NCBI RefSeq assembly: GCF_001194135.2
Contig: NC_068992.1
Coordinates: 46,861,772 to 46,913,078 of the forward strand
Origin: Octopus bimaculoides
Taxonomy: Eukaryota
DNA length: 51,307 bases
Direction of reading: 5' to 3'
The position numbers were made by a program, and so were the translations under genes. The notes beneath the pieces were generated by a model. The model was given only the letters and a program-made list of their open reading frames with translations, searched no databases and had not been told where the DNA came from. This document shows, in pieces, positions 37,182 through 50,100 of this stretch (the stretch's first letter is position 1; every line of letters begins with the position of its first letter).

Positions 37182-38489
37182 GTAAGTAAATGGCCTGATT
37201 ACAATTACACGATCTGAATGAATGAGAACAGTCGTTACAGTAAAAGCAGTTAGGTTCCAACTCGATAGTAATAATAAGAACAGTTGCGGTATGACGAGAA
37301 TAAAATGAGGTAGAACAGAGGAAATATACATATAGAAACAATTACACTAAGAAGATAAAAATTGTGGCTTTAAATTAGGTGGAATGGCACCAGGATTCTG
37401 CTTAAATTCTTAATACTGTTGTATAATCCCATATCATTCTTGATTAACGAAGACTTGTCAAAACCTTTCTTCTTATAACAATTTCGTCCGTTTGAGATTA
37501 CCACTACAGTACAAAATATGTTTTCCTTTTATACTTTAATCGAAGGGTTTGGTTTGAGGATAATTTGGTTGCTATTCCCCGAAGAGTTAGCGACTACTTA
37601 GATACTCCATTTTAACTGATATAAGAGATTGTTATCAGTGCCAACTGACCATGTTAATAGAAGCGTGAATACGTGATACGATCGTTATAAATACTAAGTA
37701 GATACGATGATCTATTTTGATTTTCAAAATGATAGAAGAAATATGAATTATTGATAAGTATTTGGTGTCGATCAGTGAACTGAGGAAATTTTGAGACTTG
37801 TAAGTGAATGGCATCACTTTACATCACTATGTTGCTCTGAGGTTGCGATTTTATTTTCTGCCATAAGGACAGGGGAAAGAAAATCAAAACAACCGTAAAA
37901 GGCTACGAGTGAGACACGAAGCGAGGTCTGCATTGCAGAGTTGACAAAAATTATCATCATCGTCGTCTATTGTTAAATTCCACTGAGACAGATCAGTGGA
38001 CGTTTTATGCGGCAAATAAATAAATACAAAATAATGACAGAAAAAGAAGACAAATAAGAATCATAATCATTGCAACAGAAATAGTAATAACTTTACTACT
38101 AATACAAAATCGATAAAATGTGTGGGTATGAGTAAAAAATAAAATCAAAACGCAAGACATAGGAAATGTAAGAATTGTTAAACAATTGNNNNNNNNNNNN
38201 NNNNNNNNNNNNNNNNNNNNNNNNNNNNNNNNNNNNNNNNNNNNNNNNNNNNNNNNNNNNNNNNNNNNNNNNNNNNNNNNNNNNNNNNNNNNNNNNNNNN
38301 NNNNNNNNNNNNNNNNNNNNNNNNNNNNNNNNNNNNNNNNNNNNNNNNNNNNNNNNNNNNNNNNNNNNNNNNNNNNNNNNNNNNNNNNNNNNNNNNNNNN
38401 NNNNNNNNNNNNNNNNNNNNNNNNNNNNNNNNNNNNNNNNNNNNNNNNNNNNNNNNNNNNNNNNNNNNNNNNNNNNNNNNNNNNNNNNN

Positions 38490-38498
38490 GTTGTTGAA

Positions 38499-38534
<36 letters not shown>

Positions 38535-38759
38535 ATCGATGACGACGACGACGATGTTGGTGATGATGATGACATTGATGATGAGGAAAATGATTATGAT
38601 GATTATGGTGGTGATCGCGAAATTAAAGGTTTGATCGTACTACTCCTATTGCTGCAACGTCCACATAAAAATACAACGGTTGCTACTACTGCTACTACTA
38701 CTACTACTACTGCTACAGCTACTGCTACAGCTACTGCTACTACTACTACTACTACTACA

Positions 38760-38795
<36 letters not shown>

Positions 38796-38955
38796 GCTGC
38801 TGCTTCTGCTGCTGCTACTACTACTGCTACTACTGCTACTGTACTGTTGCTACTACTACTGCTGCTAGTACTACTACTAAAACTACTAAAACTACCTATA
38901 TTGCTACGACTACTAGAATTACTACTATCACTGCTACTAATACTACTACTGCCGA

Positions 38956-38991
<36 letters not shown>

Positions 38992-38992
38992 C

Positions 38993-39044
<52 letters not shown>

Positions 39045-39080
39045 ATACTACTACTACTACTACTAATAATAATAATAATA
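38490..39080. repeat. Compound trinucleotide array (GAT)n-(CTA/CTG)n-(GTA)n-(CTA)n-(TAA)n
   Basis: Directly visible; explains the 308-aa and 182-aa low-complexity ORFs. Confidence 0.97.
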
Positions 39081-39379
39081 AGAGTTGGTAAATATGAATG
39101 AACAAAAACCGTCACAGCATCAACAACAATAAGCTGTTTTGTTGGTAGCACACAAAGCCATTTCGTGAAGTGATTTCATGCTTAACTGCGTCTTCATCCA
39201 CAATTAGCTAAAGCTGCTAGGTATTTTCTGTTAGCTGTGCACCCAATCATGAATCGTTTCCACTAAATACTGCTGATGCTTCCATTTTATATGCTTCAAT
39301 GATTCGTCACTGTTTTCTTTAGTTTTGCTTTTGGGACTTTGTTTAGACTATGTTCAGTTTGTTTGTTTATTTCCCATAG

Positions 39380-39445
39380 TCGTTGTTGTTGTTGTTGTGA
39401 TTGTTGAGGTTGTTGTTGTTGTTGTTGTTGTTGTTGCTGTTGTTT
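39380..39445. repeat. (GTT)n microsatellite
   Basis: Directly visible. Confidence 0.95.
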
Positions 39446-40842
39446 TATTTGCATTATTGCTTTGCTTCTCATAATAGGATGCAGCATTTTGTATATATTA
39501 ACTTTTGCTCTTATTGTTTCTTGTGTATAATACACTGACAGATAAGTTTTGGAAACGTATAGATAGTGAGAAAAAAAGAAACGAAAAGGTATTTAAAAAA
39601 ACTATAAATATAAAACAAATTTTGGTTAAGCAAACATTATAATATATTGGTTATTGTATAATAAATAGCTGATTAATGATTAATGATATATGTGTGAGTA
39701 ACAAAATGGTGAAGTTTTAATGGAGAAGTTGTACCAAGATTGAGCGACGTTCATGCTTTTCTCGTCTTAGTGAACATTAGAAAATATAAGTGACTTCTGA
39801 GAAATGTATGCTAGAAAATAAATATAACAAAGGCGGAGTGTATTGGACGTTTGTCATGAGACATCTAAATGATTTCAAGTATCTAGCTTCTTTAATTGAT
39901 ATAAGTTCAAATTTTGTCCTGTTATATTAATTTTCGTCAACAACACATTGAAATATATGCGCAAGTCAATTAAAAAAATCGTAATTTCAAATCCTTAAAC
40001 ATTTCATTAAAGAATAAAAAGTTCTCACAAATATATATGCCAATCAAGAATCGAATTTCTTGTTTGTAATCGACCCGAATTTCCAGTTACCATTGATTCT
40101 TACGTGTAAATCTACCACCTACATAAACCTGTATATAGGCAGTATGCCCAATTAAAGTATATTAGTGATTGCATAAATAATATATTGTATAGTAAAGCTT
40201 ATATAAAAGGTGTAGAGTTCTTATAAATTTTTATCTTAACATTCAAAGAGCAGATTCTCAAATTATGGTTAAATTATGTAGACAACAAAAGTCTCCGAAA
40301 GAAGATGCAGAACACTTAAATAATGAATGATCCCCATCATTTATGCGAACTTGCACCATGCAAAGTGATAAATCCATAGAAATTTCGTGGCACCATTTTC
40401 AGCGAGATGTACATATACAACATCAACGCAGCATGGATAGAGGTAAATCTCATTAATATCATATATACTAATGACACATTACAAGGTTGAAATTATGATG
40501 AGACAGTATTTTACACAGAGAACATGTTCCTTGTAATTGTAAGTTGTTGTTCACACAGTAATACTTGTGTTTGCTAATGAATAACAGCTTACTCTTCACT
40601 CAGCAGTTTTAAGATAAAAGGCGTTCAGGCCGTCACCATCCTACCTGTTTGTATATTTGTGGTCACATTGTCAGGTGCGTTATTATTTTAAGGTGTTATC
40701 CTTTTAAATATGGGTGAATTTGCTTGTTCAGGAACGGTGAAATATTTGGATCATGTGCATTAAAAGAGAGTGGTTAAAGGTGCGAAATTGATAATGTGTG
40801 ATGATAGTGCAGACACCAATAAAGTCGATCATTTGTGGTGTG

Positions 40843-40881
<39 letters not shown>

Positions 40882-42162
40882 ATCACTAGGTAACGTTTCT
40901 TTTGAAATGTTCCATGTGATCGATTGTAATAATCTAATAATTTACGACAACATATTCTTCCAGGCAACATAAAATGTAGAGTTCCATGCAGAAATATCAT
41001 AGCAAGACCAAACGATATTTGAACTCGTTATTCCGTAAATCTGTAGTTCATGAATCCAATAAATGTTATCTGAAATGCCTACACATAGTGTCCTACACAT
41101 AAGGTCCCAGAAACGGAGGTCGTTAATCGTGTACTGCACTTCAACAAACAGTCTTCTTTTGAAAGTCCAATTAAGATATTATGGCTACCATTCAGGAATA
41201 GAGCAAGGGCATCTTCGGAATCTTCTTTAACTACAGCGAAGTGGTTGACTGAAATTGTGCTCGAATTCATTGACTATTTCATTATCATGAACCGTAAAGG
41301 CTGGATTTCGAAATGAGTTCATGATTCTCTTGACTTGGCCATTTCTATTTATCATACACATACAACTTATAAACGTTCACTCATAATTTTTCTATGTATT
41401 ATCCGTTACTTCCTCAACTCATATATTTAATATACAACTGGTATATTTTCCCTGTACCTCTAGTTCTATCTATTTATCAGCCTCTCTCCACAACTGCAGC
41501 TGAATACAGACTGTCTACGCACTCGAGCTTACTGCTGCGTTATCTGATGAGCAATGAGAAGTGACACATTTTCTTAATGTTTACATTATTATTGTGCTTT
41601 TTGTTGTTTTTAGTTCTCACAGTCATTGTTTCAAAGTTAGTTTCTTATATATAATTCACAACTCATTTTGTTTCAGCATAAATAATTCATTTTTCTTCTT
41701 TAACCCCGTTGCAATGTCTAATATCAAATTTACATTATCCAATCTTAAACTTACAAATAGCTGACGGCTTTTAAACAAAAAAACTTCTAGGATATAATGC
41801 ATACATACATACACACACATACAACTATTACATTATTTATTTATATCGTGATTTCACACTGAGAGATATATTATCTGACAGACAATCAATTCATTTCATT
41901 GTATGACGTCTTCCATTTAATGATCGTTACTTATTTGTCCCAAAACATACACCGATTTGATAAAAAATAAACTGCAAAATACTTAGACACTAATTGTTAT
42001 CTAGTAAGAAATTAAATTCATGAAAACTTTCGAAGTATTTTAGAGGCTTTGAATGTCTCTCTATATTAAGAGTGTCACTTATTAATTGTAGCGAAACAAA
42101 ATTTAACGTATAAGTTTCAAGTGCTACTTTTACATGCTCTTCTGTGAGAAGCCGTTCCTCAC

Positions 42163-42191
42163 ATCTTTGATACTGTGAATCACTGCATACG
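42163..42191 (-). CDS. Candidate 29-nt micro-exon (x)YAVIHSIKD
   Basis: Long polypyrimidine tract TTCTCTCTTCTCCTTTCTTCCTTCTATTCTTTTGGCAG and donor GAT|GTGAGG. Confidence 0.25.
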
Positions 42192-42924
42192 CTGCCAAAA
42201 GAATAGAAGGAAGAAAGGAGAAGAGAGAATACGCAAAACACAACCAAATATTATAGACAATTGACCAGTCATAAGCACGCAACCAAAACGACTAACCTAT
42301 ATACAAGAAAAAACACAAAACAAACAAAAGAAATAAACAAAAAAAAAACAAACAATCCTGGCGCAGTTTACGCCTCAAAAGATTTTGACACCAAATAATA
42401 AATAATAATTGTTTAAGTGAAGTTAAAAGTCTTTGTATGTTTTACACAACAAATTACTTGCCTGACAAGTACACCTCCGAGATTACTAGCTTTTTTAAAA
42501 ATCTTTTTCTCCTCTTTATCTCTCGCAATGTCGCTATTTTTTTTCTTATTTTACTCTTGAAATAAATTTTTGACATTAAATCTTACTTTAAAGTAGAATA
42601 TGGGAGATGTTTAATGTGTCGTTCATTAATATATATTTTATAATACATATCTACATATAATAAATTACTTTGATTTATTGACTGTTGCATACATATAGCA
42701 TTCAGCAAATTTGGGAACACACTTTCAGAGATTTTGAAAACGTGTAGAGCAGAGAATAAAATGCAACACGTTATTCTGAACTAATCTTGATTTCGACTCG
42801 AAAAACGAATTTTTAACCAGTTTTCCATCCACTTGTAAGACCACATCGGCTGAAGAGAAATTTACCTAAGCTTGTGGATTATAGTGGACATTTACCACAA
42901 ATACGAAGAAATCCCAGTTCAAGC

Positions 42925-43240
42925 AGTTTCACGGAGAAGTAAACACACCAACACTGGTTGTCAAGCGGTGGGCGGGGAGAAAATCAGACATGCAGATAGA
43001 CACAGACACACACACAGACACACACACAGACAGACAGACAGACAGACACAAAGACATACAATCATATATATACGGGGAGCTTCTTTCAGTTTCTGTCTAC
43101 AAAATTCACTCACAAGACATTTCCCGGTATAGCAGAAAACACAAGACCATAGCAGAAGACATTCACTCAAAGTGCGATGCATGTGGGACTGAACTCAGAA
43201 CCATGTGATGCAGAAGCAAGCTTCCTGCCACACTCATACG

Positions 43241-43242
<2 letters not shown>
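42925..43242 (-). mobile_element. tRNA-derived SINE (first family) with internal (CA)/(CAGA)n microsatellite
   Basis: Reverse-strand B-box GAGTTCAGTCCC. GCTTCTTTCAGTTTCTGTCTAC matches the reverse of 16125-16150. CTGGTTGTCAAGCGGTG matches 12321. Confidence 0.82.
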
Positions 43243-43274
<32 letters not shown>

Positions 43275-44307
43275 CACAGGCACACACCTGTACAATACAT
43301 ACATACATGCATACATATATACATACATACATTCATACATACCCTGTTGTTGAGGTTGAAATTCCAATGAAGGAGCCTCTTGCATCTAGGTTAGAAACCG
43401 TCTCTTGTTAAATTGGTAAGAAATCATGAAATAAAACGGGATAGTGACATTCATACATAAAACAAACAAGTACGTGGAAATATGCAGTAACACAAACGTA
43501 TACATGTATATATTGTTCTGTATGAATATTCATTTGCCTGTATACATACATACATACATACACACACACATAAAACACAAATGTACATATATGACATATA
43601 TGTATATCTATACATATACGTGTGTACATATATGTGTGAAATACGCATAATTGTAAACAATAACTAAGCTACACATATACTGTATATCTCTGATGTTTAC
43701 TATGACTCAGTCTTCAATAATAAAACGATGAAAGACAAACATGCAACGATAACAATAACAACATCAGTAGCAACAGCATCAACAATAACGACTCTATATG
43801 TTGCAGAAAACGAACACGTGATCCTGTGGATGCAGTGATCGTGATATGAATTCAAGTGTGGTAAATTAATTCATTCGTAGTAGATACAATATGAAAGAAT
43901 GTAGAAGAGAAATATAAAACAAATGGCGGACCTATGACAATCTTGTACGCTTTGAACACGCATTTTTCAAACAACAGAAATAATCTCCAATCACCGAAGC
44001 AAATATGCTATATTTTTCTTTAATTTTTATTCAATTTCATTTGTGTTTTTTTATCTTCCATTCTTTCTATGATATATTTTATGCATTAACTATTATCATT
44101 TGTGATGGGAACAAATTAAATTGGATTCAATATCAGGATTGCCTGGGAAGAATTTCACAAAAATAAACAATCGAAAAGGATATGATACGAAAAACAATAT
44201 TATTCGCTAACCTACACGCGTGCTGCTTCAGATGGTGTATATTTGTAAATACATTTCATTTGCAAAGAATATATATATGTAAACACACGTGTTTGTGTGT
44301 GTGTGTG

Positions 44308-44350
<43 letters not shown>

Positions 44351-45369
44351 GTATATATNNNNNNNNNNNNNNNNNNNNNNNNNNNNNNNNNNNNNNNNNN
44401 NNNNNNNNNNNNNNNNNNNNNNNNNNNNNNNNNNNNNNNNNNNNNNNNNNNNNNNNNNNNNNNNNNNNNNNNNNNNNNNNNNNNNNNNNNNNNNNNNNNN
44501 NNNNNNNNNNNNNNNNNNNNNNNNNNNNNNNNNNNNNNNNNNNNNNNNNNNNNNNNNNNNNNNNNNNNNNNNNNNNNNNNNNNNNNNNNNNNNNNNNNNN
44601 NNNNNNNNNNNNNTATATATATATATATATATATATGGATAGATATACATACGCATATATATACATACGTATATATATCTAATATATATATGTAAATATT
44701 CATATATGTAGACATATATATTAGTATATGCTTATACATGTAATTATATATATATATATGTATGTGTGCTTACCAATGCGCTCCCATAAACAAACATACA
44801 CACGCACGCACCCACTCGCGCACTTATATGCAAGTATATATGAATGCATACTTTTATGTATTCCATATTCTTTGAGAGAGTCGTCACACATCATTTATGT
44901 CTCTTATCATTACTGGTTGATATCTGCTGAAGGAAATAATACCACGTTTTTTTTTTTGTTTACACAAAAATAAATGAAACCGAACGCATACATCTAACAC
45001 ACGCTGACACTTACACACTAATACGCATAGGTAACACCATGCAGGCACATACCCATACACACAAAGATACACGCACACATATGTGTGTGCCTGAAAATGT
45101 GTGTTTATGCCTGCGTATATGTGTGGATTTTTGCGTTTGCAAATAAGCATGATTTTTTTCTTCTTCTTTTATATGCATTGCATATTATTACACACGGATA
45201 GTGTGGAAGAGATACATCGATATGTATTAATATACGTTCGTTTACATCCGTGCATATATGTGTGAATATATATAGATACACACACAAACGCAGGTATATA
45301 CATCTATGTTAATATACTTATAATTACTTGAATAGATACACCCACGGATTCTAAAGTATATAAGCATGT

Positions 45370-45401
45370 TATCTATGTATGTATGTATGTATGTATGTAT
45401 G

Positions 45402-45466
<65 letters not shown>

Positions 45467-45470
45467 GTCT
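45370..45470. repeat. (TATG)n(TATC)n tetranucleotide array
   Basis: Directly visible. Confidence 0.95.
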
Positions 45471-45719
45471 CTCTGTCTATTTATCTATCTACTTATGTAT
45501 GTGCGTATGTACATATAGAAAATGAAACAGATAGATAAGTTGGAGGAAATGTATTTATAAATATGTGCATATATAAATATGTGTGTATATACATATACAT
45601 GCGCACATATACATACATACACATATGTACATATACCTAGATATATATGTATGTATATGTGTATAGATATTGTATATACATGTTTATATATATAAATATA
45701 TATAGATATATACATATAC

Positions 45720-45767
<48 letters not shown>

Positions 45768-46131
45768 TGCATGCATGCATGTATATACTGCTATGCGATG
45801 TTACGCAAAACAACACATCCCAACCAACAACAGAATAAACATTCCTTTCCAATCTCCCTATGATTCAATAGTAATTTATTTTATCACGGGAAATTACAGT
45901 ATATTACACCGTGGCGATGGAGTCTTTTGTTTTGCTTGCACTTATTACTGTTGTTGCTATTAATATTCTTGATATTGTAATCTTCATCATCATTATTATT
46001 GTTACTATTATTGTTATTTTTGCAGTTATTTCGTTATTTCCTCAGATTGTTTTCAATCGTTTATTTTTAAATAACTTGAAACTGCCGTTGGTTTCATTAT
46101 CCCCTGATAGCAGAGTATAGAAAGAGGATAA

Positions 46132-46157
46132 CAATAATAATGATAATAATAATAATG

Positions 46158-46222
<65 letters not shown>
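46132..46222. repeat. (TAA)n array, tail/target of the adjacent LINE
   Basis: Directly visible. Confidence 0.95.
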
Positions 46223-46224
<2 letters not shown>

Positions 46225-46765
46225 TTTCTCTTTATTCGCCACCAGGACGAGGGATTAGTGGCACAATACAAAGACAGATATCAAGTGTCGTGGTTTACAT
46301 AAAATGAATGAATGAAATGTATAGAAATATATACACTATACAATAAGATAGAGAAGGGAGGCACACATAGTAGACAATAGTTAAAATAAAATAAAATAAA
46401 ATAATATAAAATAAAAGGAACGTATGATGATAGTGATATGTTCCTCTTAACTCAAGAGTAATTCTAAGGTAAACCTAGGAAACCCACCGTCCCTCAGAAA
46501 ACCAAGAAAAGATGCGCCCTCTAATTCTTGTTCTATGATTCAAAGATCTATATTGTGAGCGGCACCGTTCAGTCTTGTCATTTTTGCAACTTTCAATAAA
46601 TTCACTTGAGGAGAGCACCTACCTCTCCATCCTTACTTTCTTTCTAAATAAAACTTGAAGAAATTAATGAGGGCTCTACCGAAGAGGAAAGTCTCTATCC
46701 TCGTGACGTTCAACCTCGTCCACCAGACAAACTCTTTCAACGCTGTCACAAGGCATCACGAATCC
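46223..46765 (-). mobile_element. 5'-truncated Tx1/L1-like LINE: ORF2 C-terminus, 3' UTR with AATAAA, (TTA)n tail
   Basis: Translates as CLVTALKEFVWWTRLNVTRIETFLFGRALINFFKFYLERK / VRMER*VLSSSEFIE / VAKMTRLNGAAHNIDL*, resembling the Tx1/L1 ORF2 end (K..IW..RN motif region). The UTR ends GAATAAAGAGAAATC(ATT)n. Confidence 0.62.
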
Positions 46766-46920
46766 GATAGTAAATCAAAATTCCATAAATACATAATGTT
46801 CTATTTTATTTATTCATTCCAGTTACGTAGTCTCTCAAGATTTTTCATATCTAGGTGCTTTTATAAAATTCATTCAGCTGTTAAACGTAAATATATCTTG
46901 GAATTAAATAGATTTGATTA

Positions 46921-46946
46921 ACTGGCACGTGACTTTTGGCCAACCC

Positions 46947-46948
<2 letters not shown>
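46921..46948 (-). mobile_element. Isolated mariner/Tc1-type TIR-like end
   Basis: Reverse strand CAGGGTTGGCCAAAAGTCAC, next to a (TA)n run; same CAGGG start as the TIR at 12692. Confidence 0.45.
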
Positions 46949-46995
<47 letters not shown>

Positions 46996-49188
46996 TTAAC
47001 AAAATGTGTTTGAGCAGCGCCGAGTTCAGACCAAACTGAATTTGATAACACATTCTTGGACTAGAAATTAGTTAATAAGCTCTTCACTTTATTTCTGTAT
47101 ACTATGAAATAAGGGATATTTGGTGGGTATTCCTTGCTTGGCAGTGGGGATAAGGTTTAACTACACATGTTTCAGCATTTGCAAGGAAAGTGAGAATTCA
47201 GTTAAATGTATTTAGGTATTAGTGTAGTCTTGTGTTTTAGAGTAATATAGTTAATCATGGCTTCTAAACTGAAGACGAAGAATTCTAGCATTAATATTTC
47301 AAATAGTATGTATGTAGTATGTATCTATATATGCGCATGTGTATAAATATTTGTATATATATGTGTGTTTATGTTTGTGTGAGTATACATAAGTACATAT
47401 ACGCATGTAAATGTATGTACATATATGTATATGTACATATATATATACTATATGTTTGTATTTATGGATGTTTATATACATACATATGTATTTACATATA
47501 TATACATGCGTGTGTGTTTGTGCATCTTTAAACGTTTCTGCGTTTTGTTCTATTTGTGTGTATGTATGTTTATATGTCTATTTGTGTACTACATATATAT
47601 TTATAGGTTTTTATATCTGTAAATATACATGCATGTATATGTGTATGAATATGGTGGGTGAATCGTGTGCTAACACAATGGGAGAAATAAAAAATGAAAG
47701 AATGTAGATTGTGCGCCATTTTAGTTCTAAATTGTGAATATTTTAGCAAGTTAAAACTGAAAGAGGGATATAAAATCTGCCAGCGGTGATTTGTACGTAA
47801 AATAAACATAAATGACGTGAAAAGATCGTACAAACAGCAGATGTTTAACTTGAGAAATATTGATAAAAATATATTTCACTCAGGTTTAAAGGAATAAATA
47901 TAGATATTCTTGTTAGTGCTGTTGTGAGTATTGTTAGTGTGGTAGAGAATAGTATGGGTAGGTTGAGGGGTGGCTTTAATGGTAGGGCATCGGATATTAT
48001 ATTTTGAAGGATTTAGTTACCTTTCATTAAGTATGTTCTTAGTTCCAATCCGTGTTTCAACCACATGTTTTGCAGGAACGGCTCCATAGGCATGTTCTTA
48101 TTTTCAAATTTTGGTAGGAATTTTTGTTTGGTTTCTATTTTCCCAAGGGACGATAAAGATACAAAGGCATTTCAAAGGGTGAGATTAATTAAATCCACGC
48201 AATAATGAGATGCATGCGGTTTCTTCGACATGTTAATCTTAATTATGGTTATGCTATAAAACGAGAAGTGAAACTATGAATATTCATTGTGACTATTTAT
48301 TTTATACTGCAACAACTAAACTATAGTGTTGATTCTTACAGGTTATATATTGGTTTCTGGCAGATAAACCACTGATTCACTAAATCTCTGAAGGTGGAAA
48401 TACTGAATCTGTAAATCCATGTAGAAAAATATTTCAAAAGTACATCTATCAGAAAGCGATAGTTTATATCACTGCTCAGAGAAATTTAAGTTACAAGGTA
48501 ATTAACATGGTTATGATGTCATCACTAGGGTGTTAGCCAGGAAAAACTCTAAATATTTACGAAGTTATTTCCCTTTTGGTATTTATTCAGCCTAAAGGGC
48601 ATTTTCAGCCATATAACAGAAGGTTCCAGAGGACTGGTGTTGCACTGTGCATAGGGCGCCAGTTAGCTTCATTCTAACCATGAGTATACCTACGTTATCA
48701 AAAGTGGATTAAACTCAATTCACCCATATAGCTATTGTTACCTCAAAAAACACGGCCTCGGGGCCTAGAAGACGAGAATAGTGGGTAACGCTTAGAAAAT
48801 GTTTTGAACGCTGGAGAACGGAGAGACAGAAATTGAGACTGGTCAGCTAAGGGACAAGTCTCAGAAAAGAAGAACTAACCGTTGGTCACTTGACAGCAGC
48901 AGGGAGAGGGAGCGACAGAGAAAAGACGGGGGAAATGGACCAAAGGGGAAAGAGAAAGGCTAGGAATAGAAGAGGGAGAGAGAGAGAGAGAGACAAAGAG
49001 AGTAAGTAGAAAGGCTAGAATAGAAGTGACAAGGTGAGAAAACTTGCGACTGGTCAGCTCAGGGTCCAGTCTAAGAAAGAACAAAATACAGAACTGGCCG
49101 CTGGTTGCGTGACAGCAGAGGCAGAAGGGAAAGACAGCATGGAAAAGGAGTAACAGAGAAAGAAAGAAGATGTGGATGAAGGGGAAGC

Positions 49189-49275
49189 AGAAAGGCTAGT
49201 GATACAAGAGGGAGAAAGGCTAGGAATATAAGACGAGGAAAGCCTAAGAATACAAGATGGAGAAAGGCTATGAGT

Positions 49276-49284
<9 letters not shown>
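49189..49284 (+). repeat. 24-bp degenerate minisatellite x4 (AGAAAGGCTA...CAAGA) preceding (AG)n
   Basis: Motif starts at 49189, 49213, 49237 and 49261; further isolated copies at 48953 and 49008. Confidence 0.8.

Positions 49285-49372
<88 letters not shown>
49280..49372. repeat. (AG)n microsatellite
   Basis: Directly visible. Confidence 0.97.
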
Positions 49373-49373
<1 letters not shown>

Positions 49374-49914
49374 CAGATAAGGAGGGAGGGAGGCAGTCAC
49401 ACGGATATATAAAAAAACTTGTTAATATAAATTCGGTGTGTTGCATTCCATTGCTTGATAAATGAAAAAAATATCTAAACAAGCGACATAACTGAATGTA
49501 AAAACAAACGTGAGACAAATAGAAAGTCCATAATACTTCATCAGTTATCGACCAATGATACATTTCAATTCCGAAACTTTAACGATAAGACCGAATGTTT
49601 CCCAATTGGCGGCGCCGGCAAAAAAAGTTTTCATGCATAGAATTATGAACAAGACCAATCGAAACGAAACAAACCAAGGAAAACAACACAGTGTGATTTC
49701 GGACGGTGGACAAGGACAAACAGGTGTTGAACAATTTTATTTACATACATGTCTCTCCTGTTTTCGTGGTCTCTAGTGAAAATGACTTTTATTCGGATTA
49801 TGGATTTATTTTCAGTAGCTAACTGTTAGCTTTAGCAAACTCACACTATATCAAATATACAAATTTGCTCTTCTGTGTCTGCTTTTCAACATTGGGAAGT
49901 ATTCCAATGCAAGG

Positions 49915-50100
49915 AAAATACGAACTCCAAAGTTACTCGAGGTGAGATAGGACAAGCTGTCAAGCAAGTGACTTTTAAAACATAAGCAAATTTTCCGGTC
50001 TGAGGAAAGGTTACGCGGAGCATATACCTGTAGAGGAGTGGCGAAGACATAGATACCAGGAGTGTCTTGAATTCATCATTTGAATCAGGACATAGAAAAT
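49915..50100 (+). mobile_element. Possible highly decayed LINE ORF2 fragment (linker before the RT domain)
   Basis: Stop-broken frame VTRGEIGQAVKQVTFKT*..LNSSFESG resembles the ITxxEVxxAIKxLK..LFNxxxxxG pattern. Confidence 0.25.

Noticed and set aside
13774-38000. Small 8-bp-stem hairpins at 13774-13798 and 37979-38000
   Set aside because: Too short to exceed chance; not miRNA-precursor sized.
9181-43929. About nine ATGGCG/CGCCAT (YY1-like) hexamers across the window
   Set aside because: A rough expectation from base composition is of the same order, so no enrichment.
1200-47300. Search for hammerhead ribozyme cores (CTGANGA...GAAA), e.g. at 1208, 20860, 30507, 41544, 42850, 47270
   Set aside because: None has properly pairing stems I-III and an NUH cleavage site.
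48076-48178. Plus-strand exon-like segment (TTTTCCCAAG|...AAGG|GTGAGA)
   Set aside because: 47000-48420 looks to me like an interspersed repeat family. That is a recollection I cannot verify here; a genomic BLAST copy count would decide.
28138-49284. Regularly spaced repeats (36-bp and 24-bp units) as possible CRISPR-like arrays
   Set aside because: No unique spacers, eukaryotic context and no cas genes; ordinary minisatellites.
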